Shown here piece after piece: positions 56,261 through 63,976 of a DNA stretch of 64,000 nucleotides. Source of the DNA: Bacillota bacterium (GTDB lineage Bacteria; Bacillota_I; Bacilli_A; RF39; UBA660); NCBI GenBank assembly GCA_015059405.1, contig SVAL01000011.1, positions 3,806 to 67,805 on the forward strand, written 5' to 3'. Numbering within the stretch: position 1 is the first letter of the stretch; every line of letters begins with the position of its first letter. The position numbers and the translations under genes were made by a program. The notes below the pieces were generated by a model. The model was not told the DNA's origin and searched no databases. It saw only the letters and a list, made by a program, of their open reading frames with translations.

Positions 56261-56995
56261 TTAAATTTTTATAATTTTTCCATGTATAAAATATCTATCC
56301 TCTTTTCTTCTATTTGATTCATGAGAACAAGAATATAAAGTGATAATTTTATCTGTACTACTATCAAATATTGTATCTGTAATATAATTACTTTTTTTTA
56401 CAATCAAATTAATATATCTTTTATAATCTTCAATAGAGCCAAATTTTTGAACATAAGAATCTGACTCTGCACTATCCAAATAAGCGCTTATTATTTCCAC
56501 CTTATAAATTCCTTCTGGACTATATAAATAAAAAAAAGGATGCTCCTTATAAAAAGTTGCATCCATATATTTATATAATTCACCAAACATACTTCCATTT
56601 TTAGTATGATGTCCATAAATAAAAGTATTGTAATCTGAAAAATCATTTGTAGATCTGTAATCCATAAATATACTTCCTAATGAACTCCATGATTTATCAA
56701 ACGAATGATTAAGATAATATGAATTATCTTTTCCTTGAACTATCGGATAGTTTACTTGTGTTCCTTCTATAACTATCCATCCTACTACATCAGAATTAAT
56801 TTTTTCTAATTCCGAAAAATCAACACTAAAAGTTTCTTCAACTTCTGGTTCTTCAGGTATTTCAACTAACTTAATTAGTTCTTCTTTCATTTGATCAGAC
56901 TCGGATAGTTCTTTTTTTATTTGCAAAATATTATATATACTAATAGCAAAAGAAACTATAAAAAGTATTAATAAAATAACCTTTAATTTTTTCAT
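56261..56995 (-). CDS. srtB: class B sortase
   Basis: N-terminal TM helix. Motifs: VGWIVIEGTQVNYPIVQGKDNSYYLNHSFDK...GSIFMDYR, catalytic FIYGHH (His), TLYSCS (Cys), RYFIHG (Arg). Confidence 0.85.
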   Translation of the reverse strand: MKKLKVILLILFIVSFAISIYNILQIKKELSESDQMKEELIKLVEIPEEPEVEETFSVDFSELEKINSDVVGWIVIEGTQVNYPIVQGKDNSYYLNHSFDKSWSSLGSIFMDYRSTNDFSDYNTFIYGHHTKNGSMFGELYKYMDATFYKEHPFFYLYSPEGIYKVEIISAYLDSAESDSYVQKFGSIEDYKRYINLIVKKSNYITDTIFDSSTDKIITLYSCSHESNRRKEDRYFIHGKIIKI

Positions 56996-56996
56996 T

Positions 56997-57575
56997 TTAT
57001 TTTTCTATCTCCTCTTCTTTTTCTTCTTTTTTTAGCCATTGCTTATAAATATGGTTATAATCACAATTTAATAATTTAGCTAATTTCTCAAAGCATCTTT
57101 CTCTAATTACCGTATCCGAATCTCCACCAAGCAATTCATAAACATTTCTACCATTTCCTGAATTTAACAAATTATTTAAATCCAAAAAAGTGGTAAAAGG
57201 TGAAAGAGTTTCACCAAGTTCATCTGATGGATAATTTTCTATATACCAATCTTTTATATTTACATTCAATTTTGAAATTGTATTTTCTAATTGTTTTAAC
57301 TTTTCATTTACCTTTTCTGTAATAATTTGAACAGCACTTAATTTAGTATTAATTCTATCATAAGAATCTATTTTTAAATTAGGTACTATTAACTTACACA
57401 TATCAACTAATTTATTTAATTTTTCATCTATGATTTTATCTACATACTTTAATTTTTGTGTTCCCCACTTACTAAAATCAATATATTCATCAGTATATAT
57501 CGGTCCATCTTTATCATTAACTAAAAAAAATCTTATACGTTCATTAGTATAAGAATAATCAAATTCATATTTCAT
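56997..57575 (-). CDS. hypothetical protein (192 aa) with an acidic E/K tail
   Basis: Clean ORF 1 nt from the sortase start. It has a central coiled coil. The C-terminus is DWYIENYPSDELG...VYELLGGDSDTVIRERCFEKLAKLLNCDYNHIYKQWL. No family confidently recognised. Confidence 0.6.
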   Translation of the reverse strand: MKYEFDYSYTNERIRFFLVNDKDGPIYTDEYIDFSKWGTQKLKYVDKIIDEKLNKLVDMCKLIVPNLKIDSYDRINTKLSAVQIITEKVNEKLKQLENTISKLNVNIKDWYIENYPSDELGETLSPFTTFLDLNNLLNSGNGRNVYELLGGDSDTVIRERCFEKLAKLLNCDYNHIYKQWLKKEEKEEEIEK

Positions 57576-57579
57576 ATAT

Positions 57580-57834
57580 TTACTTTTCCAACTCCTCCTC
57601 TTCTTCTTTCTCTATATCTAATTCATATAACAATCTATCTCTTAAGTCTTCGTTATATATTGATTCATAGTCATCTTGTAATTTATAAACACGATTAATT
57701 TGTTCTTCAGTTAAATCTTCTTTTCTTATACCAAGTACATCATATAAAAGTAAAGCAACATAAAATTCATTACAATGCTTATCTTCATCCAAATACTTTA
57801 AATGTTCTTCAATTGCAATCCTATCTAAATTCAT
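57580..57834 (-). CDS. hypothetical protein (84 aa) with an acidic tail
   Basis: AAGGAG SD. It ends in EKEEEEELEK. No family recognised. Confidence 0.55.
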   Translation of the reverse strand: MNLDRIAIEEHLKYLDEDKHCNEFYVALLLYDVLGIRKEDLTEEQINRVYKLQDDYESIYNEDLRDRLLYELDIEKEEEEELEK

Positions 57835-57855
57835 TAATTCTATCTCCTTTTCTAT

Positions 57856-58527
57856 TTATTCTTTTTCTATATCGTCTTTGTTCTTACTTTGTTCTTGATT
57901 ATAAATCATTTGTGCTTTTTCCCAAGTATCTTTATTTATTATCTCTTCATGAGAACTACTTGAAGTTGCAGATAAATTTGTTTCAATTGTTCTTGAATAT
58001 GCTGATTTATTTTTTAGAGAAACATTATATTCATTAATCGTATCTGCAAATTTTTTGAAATCATATTTTTTTATTAAATCATTTCTTTGTTCAATCAGTT
58101 TTATTGTTCTACTTATTTTTTTTGCAACCATTTCATATTTTTTCTTCTTCCCAAAATATATTTTTGCATTTATAGATGCAAGTGGTTTTATAATTTCATT
58201 CTTTACTTTTGATTCTTGTTTCAACAATTCTATTATATTATTGTTTTCAAACGGATTAGTTATTTCAAGATTATAATCTTCTAAAATATCGTAAATTTCT
58301 TCTATCCTATCAGCTATAATTTCATCTATCGTTTTTTGATTTATACATAAATAATATACTTCAATATACTCTAATAAATAAGTTATTCTTAAATCAATAA
58401 CTGCTCTGACAATATTTGCCTGAGGTTCATCAATTATTAATTTATTTGTTTCGTTATCACACTTATAACCAAACGGAATTTCTGTTAAAATATTATTTTT
58501 CAAAATCGTCTTCTTTTTCAAGTTCAT
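57856..58527 (-). CDS. recombinase-domain-like protein lacking the catalytic resolvase domain
   Basis: IPFGYKCDNETNKLIIDEPQANIVRAVIDL and HEEIINKDTWEKAQ resemble the start and end of the 'recombinase' domain of large serine recombinases. There is no Ser-containing N-terminal domain. Confidence 0.45.
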   Translation of the reverse strand: MNLKKKTILKNNILTEIPFGYKCDNETNKLIIDEPQANIVRAVIDLRITYLLEYIEVYYLCINQKTIDEIIADRIEEIYDILEDYNLEITNPFENNNIIELLKQESKVKNEIIKPLASINAKIYFGKKKKYEMVAKKISRTIKLIEQRNDLIKKYDFKKFADTINEYNVSLKNKSAYSRTIETNLSATSSSSHEEIINKDTWEKAQMIYNQEQSKNKDDIEKE

Positions 58528-59479
58528 CTTTTTCCTTAATAATATATTTACTTAACTTATTTATTATTTTTTCTTTTTCTTCTTCAGTAGAGGATTTAAA
58601 ATTTTCGTATATAGCAGTTTCTAACTTTTCTCTAACCTCACCCATATAATTTTCATTATTACTAATACAATAATCATTTGTTAAATCATCCCACTCTTTA
58701 TCGGTACAACTTTCACAAAAATTATTTACTAATTCATATATTGCTTTTTTTTCAGCTTTTTCAACTTCTTTTTCTAAATCTATACCTTCACAATAATTTC
58801 TACGATTAATATTAACAATTGGAAATACATCTTCAATATTAAATCGTTCCATCAATTTTTTAGTACCAAATTGATTTTTATATTCTAATTCTTCTTTGTA
58901 CAAAGGAAATACTTGATAAAAATTTATTTTACCAATATCAGGTAATTCTAGATCAAAATACTTAAAGTCTTTATCTAACGCCATAAGCAAAACAGAACCT
59001 GCAAGTTGAGTATTAGGTGCTACCTTTTCTAATGCTTTTTCATCAGAAGCAAAAGAATGTCCAAAACCTACCCAACCATTTTCAATAATTGCCGTTCTTG
59101 CAATTATTTTTAGTTGTTTTATAACCCAACCATTTTCTTTTTTAGAAAAGTCCAAATCCCAATCTGGTGGTAAATACATAACTAATTCAGCTCTATCAAG
59201 TTCATAATTTTTTATTACATCTGGAACATTCATTTTATATGCTCCCATTCCTTTAGTCACTAATTTATAATAATTGTCTTCTTCAGTAGGTGGAATTACT
59301 AATATATCCAAATGAATATCAGGTGAATATAATTCATGATACACAAATTCAAAATTACCTATTTTATTATTAACATAATCTTTATACAAATCCAGTTGTT
59401 CTTGATTGTATAAGCAAGTTGGTTTTTCTGTTAATCCCTTATACCACAACTGCGATTTACTTATTTCATTTCTATTCAA
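58493..59479 (-). CDS. Suppressor-of-fused (SUFU)-like domain protein (immunity-protein-type) with a C-terminal extension
   Basis: FEFVYHELYSPDIHLDILVIPPTEEDNYYKLVTKGMGAYKMNVP...ELVMYLPPDWD...WVIKQLKIIAR...GWVGFGHSF fits bacterial SUFU-like proteins. Start set at the TTG at 59479 (AAGGAG 8 nt upstream). Confidence 0.6.
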   Translation of the reverse strand: MNRNEISKSQLWYKGLTEKPTCLYNQEQLDLYKDYVNNKIGNFEFVYHELYSPDIHLDILVIPPTEEDNYYKLVTKGMGAYKMNVPDVIKNYELDRAELVMYLPPDWDLDFSKKENGWVIKQLKIIARTAIIENGWVGFGHSFASDEKALEKVAPNTQLAGSVLLMALDKDFKYFDLELPDIGKINFYQVFPLYKEELEYKNQFGTKKLMERFNIEDVFPIVNINRRNYCEGIDLEKEVEKAEKKAIYELVNNFCESCTDKEWDDLTNDYCISNNENYMGEVREKLETAIYENFKSSTEEEKEKIINKLSKYIIKEKDELEKEDDFEK

Positions 59480-59548
59480 AAAAATTCTCCTTTCTTTTTT
59501 TCTATAAAAAAACAAACCAAAAAAATTGATTTGTTTTAATTCATTAAA

Positions 59549-60025
59549 TTACATTATTGCTGATAGTATTTCTTCAGCTTCTTCTAATAAACCTTGTATT
59601 TCTTCTTCCGAAGGTTCTTCTCCATCTTCGTTTTCATTAAAATCAAGTTGTTCTAACTGACTAATTGCCTCATCAAGTCCATCTATTCTTTCTTGCAAAA
59701 TAGATGCAGGTTCGCAATCTTGAAATTGCTCTGGAATATTATACAACTTTTCTTCTAATTCTGATTTTTGTTCTTCTAAATATCCAATTAATTCATCTAC
59801 TTCATCGGAAGAATAAAATCTGAAAGTATCTTGCAAGTCGTATAACCAAGATAAGTATTCCGAACCAGTAAGCTCACTACGAGAAATCACACAGTTATTA
59901 CATACTATTTTTGGTTTACTATACATCTCTGTTATCTTTTGATAAATTTCCCCTTTTGATATTGCACTTTTACATTTACAACATTCGTATTCTTTTCTCG
60001 CTTTTTGTCTTGTTAGTTTTGCCAT
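59549..60025 (-). CDS. hypothetical protein: N-terminal CxxC...CxxC zinc-ribbon-like motif plus a strongly acidic C-terminal half
   Basis: Start trimmed to MAKLTRQKARKEYECCKC (AAGGAGG SD). It contains CCKC...CNNC. The last ~70 aa are D/E-rich with almost no basic residues. Confidence 0.6.
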   Translation of the reverse strand: MAKLTRQKARKEYECCKCKSAISKGEIYQKITEMYSKPKIVCNNCVISRSELTGSEYLSWLYDLQDTFRFYSSDEVDELIGYLEEQKSELEEKLYNIPEQFQDCEPASILQERIDGLDEAISQLEQLDFNENEDGEEPSEEEIQGLLEEAEEILSAIM

Positions 60026-60154
60026 ATTTACCTCCTTGAATTTGACGAACTCATGATACACAAAAAAAATTAAAAAATCAAGTATTTACGACGATTAGTT
60101 AACAAAAATATTCTTTATAAAAAGATTAGTTATATTTCAAACTAATCTGATCGT

Positions 60155-60170
60155 TAAATTGTAATTTGAA
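60155..60170 (-). repeat. 16-nt motif copy 1 (plus strand TAAATTGTAATTTGAA), 1 nt after a stop codon
   Basis: Identical to 60705-60720. It is followed on the minus strand by hairpin AGATTAGT / ACTAATCT (60123-60148). Confidence 0.8.
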
Positions 60171-60171
60171 A

Positions 60172-60639
60172 TTAATTACATTTGAAACTACCATCTTCAC
60201 CCATTGGGATAATAGACTCGATTATATCTTTTCTAGTTTTAGATTTTATATCTTTTAATGACATACCTGTTATTTCTTTAAATTCATTTTCTGTTAATAA
60301 ATCTAAATTATATATTTCTGTTGTCATATAAGTATTGTCATCTTTCCAAAACTTACTTGTTGCACCTTTATATTTATCATTAGATTTTTGAATCATTTCT
60401 TTGTATGCATCAACATTGATATTGTCAGTCAATTTATTTGTATTAACTATTGAATATCTATATACTTCTCCATCCTTAAAATCATAATAAATTTCCATTT
60501 TATTTTCTTTTGTTGGATCTTCCATTACACAATAAATTGATTTATCGTTTCTTGGTAACAAAAACATTATACCTGCTAAAATGACTACTAATCCTAAAAT
60601 CAAAAGGATACTATTAACCCATTTTTTGTTTTTCATCAA
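60172..60639 (-). CDS. hypothetical exported/membrane-anchored protein (155 aa)
   Basis: N-terminal hydrophobic helix (WVNSILLILGLVVILAGIMFLL), then a ~125-aa domain ending in Cys-Asn. Confidence 0.6.
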   Translation of the reverse strand: MMKNKKWVNSILLILGLVVILAGIMFLLPRNDKSIYCVMEDPTKENKMEIYYDFKDGEVYRYSIVNTNKLTDNINVDAYKEMIQKSNDKYKGATSKFWKDDNTYMTTEIYNLDLLTENEFKEITGMSLKDIKSKTRKDIIESIIPMGEDGSFKCN

Positions 60640-60704
60640 AACTACCTACCTTTCTATAATCATTATAACATGAAAAAAGCAAATCTTATTATAGATCTGC
60701 TTGA

Positions 60705-60720
60705 TAAATTGTAATTTGAA
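60705..60720 (-). repeat. 16-nt motif copy 2 (plus strand TAAATTGTAATTTGAA), directly after a stop codon
   Basis: Identical to 60155-60170. It is followed on the minus strand by hairpin AGCAAATCT / AGATCTGCT (60678-60701, one mismatch) and T5. Confidence 0.8.
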
Positions 60721-61170
60721 TTATAATTTCTTTTTTAAACTTTTTTGTGTTTCTTCTTTACTCATAGAACTTTTCCATTCTATTTTCTTTAATACTCCAT
60801 CAATAATTAATCCAATTCCATAACCAATTGCTACTCCACCAATTATAATTAAAGCCATCTCGCTTAATTTAAATCTATTAGCAGTAAAAGCCCATATTCC
60901 TGCAATACTACCACACACTACCATTGTTCCTAAATAAATATAATTATATTTTTCACTTTTCTCTTTAAAATTAGTTTTATTACCTAAAAGTTTATCAACA
61001 CTTGTTTCAAGTATTTGTGAAAGTAAAACTAATTGTTCTGGATTTGGTGATGTTTCTCCTAATTCCCAATTGGATATAGTTTGTCTTGATACATTTATTT
61101 GTTCTGCCATATATTCTTGTGAAAATCCTTTTGCTTTTCTTAAATTATAAATATTTTTATTCAATTCCAT
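60721..61170 (-). CDS. XRE-family HTH regulator with two C-terminal TM helices
   Basis: IYNLRKAKGFSQEYMAEQINVSRQTISNWELGETSPNPEQLVLLSQIL, then hydrophobic segments. AAGGAG SD. Confidence 0.8.
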   Translation of the reverse strand: MELNKNIYNLRKAKGFSQEYMAEQINVSRQTISNWELGETSPNPEQLVLLSQILETSVDKLLGNKTNFKEKSEKYNYIYLGTMVVCGSIAGIWAFTANRFKLSEMALIIIGGVAIGYGIGLIIDGVLKKIEWKSSMSKEETQKSLKKKL

Positions 61171-61311
61171 AATTTTTCTCCTTTCACAAAAATTTTATTA
61201 TAATTAGTATTTGCAATGCTACCAAATATATTTATAACTGTCGCAAAGTTATTTAACATTTAAACAAATTACTATTTATCTGTCAGTTATATTATAACAC
61301 AGTTTTAATAA

Positions 61312-61629
61312 TTATTTTTCTAATTCTTCTAGAATATTATCATTATTTAATAAAGTTAATAGTTTTCCATATCCAGCAGCTTTTAATAACTTTTTTATAG
61401 AAATATTCAGTTCTTCAGAAATCTTAATTAATATTTCCACGCTTGGTTTCTGAACTTCACCTCTTTCAAGATCACTTATTGTAGCATTACTTAGTCCTAT
61501 TCTTCTTGCAAGTTTTCTTTGAGAATAATTCTTCGATTCTCTTCCAGATACAATTAATTTCTTCAGAGCATTTTTATTGCATTTTGACTTAGAAAATGAT
61601 TTTAATTTATTTTTATTCAAATTGCTCAT
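61312..61629 (-). CDS. XRE-family HTH transcriptional regulator
   Basis: YSQRKLARRIGLSNATISDLERGEVQKPSVEILIKISEELNISIKKLL. Confidence 0.8.
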   Translation of the reverse strand: MSNLNKNKLKSFSKSKCNKNALKKLIVSGRESKNYSQRKLARRIGLSNATISDLERGEVQKPSVEILIKISEELNISIKKLLKAAGYGKLLTLLNNDNILEELEK

Positions 61630-61831
61630 ATTCTAATTTTCTCCTTTTATCTTTCAAATCTAAACATATATATTTCTGAAAATACCAATTAAATTCATCT
61701 AAAAAATGCTGTTTATTTTTAAAACGCCCTGACATTCCACCACCATTACCTATATAATCAATATCAGAAACTTTATAAAATTTTGTTTCTAAATCTAGCT
61801 CTATTTTCATTTCAACTTTTTTCTTTTTCAT
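61613..61831 (-). CDS. hypothetical protein (72 aa)
   Basis: ORF between the relaxase and XRE genes, overlapping the latter by 17 nt. No motif recognised. Confidence 0.45.
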   Translation of the reverse strand: MKKKKVEMKIELDLETKFYKVSDIDYIGNGGGMSGRFKNKQHFLDEFNWYFQKYICLDLKDKRRKLEYEQFE

Positions 61832-61842
61832 ATTTTTCTCCT

Positions 61843-63534
61843 TTATTTTATTTTATAATACTCATTAATTTTTTGTTTCTCTTCTTGTGCAATTTTCTCT
61901 ATTTCCTCCCCTGTTGCACGGCGTTGCTCTTCGTTATATTTATTGACTAAAATATATTCTTTATCATCAATTAAATATATAATACCTCTATTATCATAAC
62001 TAACCCACGCAATATTTTGCTTAGGAACATACATATACAATTCACTATATGGAATTCTAACACAATAATTTTTATCATTAGATCTTGATTCATCTATCAT
62101 ACCTTTACTTATGGAAACACTTTTAATAAATCCTTTTTCATTTTCAAGTGAAATACTCCTAACCTTTTCTAAATCACTTGCTTTATTTTTTAAATAAGTA
62201 AGATAAGCATATTTTTTATTAGTTTCATATTTAATCTTATTAGCTGATGCGATTATCTCTTTAACTTCATCAATAGTATCAACATTTAATTCCTTTTTTA
62301 AATCTAAAAAGATTTGAACTTCATTAGATGGTTCAATATATGACGATACTATTTCTTGCTGTTCTAAATATGAATCATAATATTCTATATACTTTAAATA
62401 TAACTTACATAACGGCATCCTTATTTGTAATGTTTCATTCTCAGATAACAATTCTTGATACTCTAATTCTCTTTCTTTTATTTCATATTTTATTTTTGCT
62501 AATTGTGTTTCTAAATTATCGTATTCATAGATATTATTATCATTTAGAAATTTAATTGTATCTACTATTTGATGATAGCGTCTTATTTCCATATATCTTG
62601 AGTTATAGTATTTAAAATATTCATTATTTGAATCTAAATCTTTCATACTATATAAGACTGATTGTTTAGACATTTGTGCTAATGTATCGTATATTTTTAA
62701 TATCTCACTATCTAAATCATTCAACTTATAATTTTCAAAATTAAAATTACCTTGATGCTTTCTTTTTTGTTTGAAAAATTCTTTTAGTGATTCCTCGCTA
62801 TATTCTTCACCCAAAACTTTCATAGTCACAAATTTTTGTTTTCCAAATGGACGAATACGAATATTTTTTCCTGGTTTAATTTGATAACCATCATAAGCTA
62901 AAGTTTCTAACAATTCATCAAACGAATAACATCTTTCTTTTAGATAATCTAATTTTTCAATTATTTGTTCTCTCCAAGTTTTATTCGCCATTGCATATAA
63001 ATATTTACCTTTACCAAAGCGACTAATTTTTGGTGCGTCTTCAATTATTGTTAATCCATGTTCTAATGCTAACTTATCACTCATATCACGAAGACCATAT
63101 AGTCCTTCAATTGGATTTGCTAAACGGTCTTCTAATTTCCTACCTTTCATATTTACAGCATTTATTACAAAATGATTATGAATATGAGATTGGTCTATAT
63201 GAGTACAAACTAATACCTGAAATTCTGGATATAATTTTTTTACTAACTCTACACCTATTTGATGTGCGTGTTCTGGTGTTAAGTTTTTTTCTTTCGGATC
63301 AAAAGATTGATAACCGTGGTAGCAGGTTCTACTATTTGCATCTTCTATTATATTGAATTTATCATTATTCAATTTCATTTCATAATCTGCAAATTCTGCT
63401 GAACAATTAACACCAGTTATTAACACACCTTCAGATGTTTTATTTCTATCTTTTATATAACTTATACAATCTGTTCTTCCTTGCTGTCCGTGAACACACC
63501 ACCTAGCTGTTGCTGGTATATATATCACCTTCAT
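61843..63534 (-). CDS. relaxase/mobilization nuclease (MobA/VirD2 family)
   Basis: N-terminal domain carries YHGYQSFDPKE and the histidine triad THIDQSHIHNHFVINAV. The C-terminus is a long coiled coil. 563 aa. Confidence 0.85.
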   Translation of the reverse strand: MKVIYIPATARWCVHGQQGRTDCISYIKDRNKTSEGVLITGVNCSAEFADYEMKLNNDKFNIIEDANSRTCYHGYQSFDPKEKNLTPEHAHQIGVELVKKLYPEFQVLVCTHIDQSHIHNHFVINAVNMKGRKLEDRLANPIEGLYGLRDMSDKLALEHGLTIIEDAPKISRFGKGKYLYAMANKTWREQIIEKLDYLKERCYSFDELLETLAYDGYQIKPGKNIRIRPFGKQKFVTMKVLGEEYSEESLKEFFKQKRKHQGNFNFENYKLNDLDSEILKIYDTLAQMSKQSVLYSMKDLDSNNEYFKYYNSRYMEIRRYHQIVDTIKFLNDNNIYEYDNLETQLAKIKYEIKERELEYQELLSENETLQIRMPLCKLYLKYIEYYDSYLEQQEIVSSYIEPSNEVQIFLDLKKELNVDTIDEVKEIIASANKIKYETNKKYAYLTYLKNKASDLEKVRSISLENEKGFIKSVSISKGMIDESRSNDKNYCVRIPYSELYMYVPKQNIAWVSYDNRGIIYLIDDKEYILVNKYNEEQRRATGEEIEKIAQEEKQKINEYYKIK

Positions 63535-63976
63535 TCATTATGGTATTATTTAAAAAAACAATATCATTACATCCAGAATCCTTCATAAATTTTTCGGCTA
63601 CTTTTAAATTGTTAAAATTCATAACAACACCTATTTTTAAATTATTACCATCCTTTATAAAGGATATATATATTTTCTTTTGCATTGCAACATTACGATA
63701 ATGATTAACCTCATTTATAAAGTCTGCTATATCTAAATTATTTAAATCAAATGTTCTAGTATAAGCATCTAAAAAAACTATTATATTTACAGCTTCATTT
63801 GGCTTATGCAAATTAGATGGTCTAACTGTTAATATATCTCTTTCTTTTCTTAATAGTTTATCAAGAAAAGCACCATCTACTTTATATTTATAAATTAGTT
63901 TTTCCCTTTGCTGAATTTTCTTCTCAGCATTAACTGATAAAGTTGATACGATTAAATTTGATAATGAATCTATCAT
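63503..63976 (-). CDS. hypothetical protein upstream of the relaxase (possible relaxosome accessory factor)
   Basis: 157 aa, overlapping the relaxase start by 32 nt. I did not see the canonical MobC motif, so the role is inferred from position only. Confidence 0.35.
   Translation of the reverse strand: MIDSLSNLIVSTLSVNAEKKIQQREKLIYKYKVDGAFLDKLLRKERDILTVRPSNLHKPNEAVNIIVFLDAYTRTFDLNNLDIADFINEVNHYRNVAMQKKIYISFIKDGNNLKIGVVMNFNNLKVAEKFMKDSGCNDIVFLNNTIMNEGDIYTSNS

Noticed and set aside
63503-63976. Calling the ORF upstream of the relaxase MobC.
   Set aside because: The position fits, but I could not find the characteristic MobC motif. I left it as hypothetical with a positional note.
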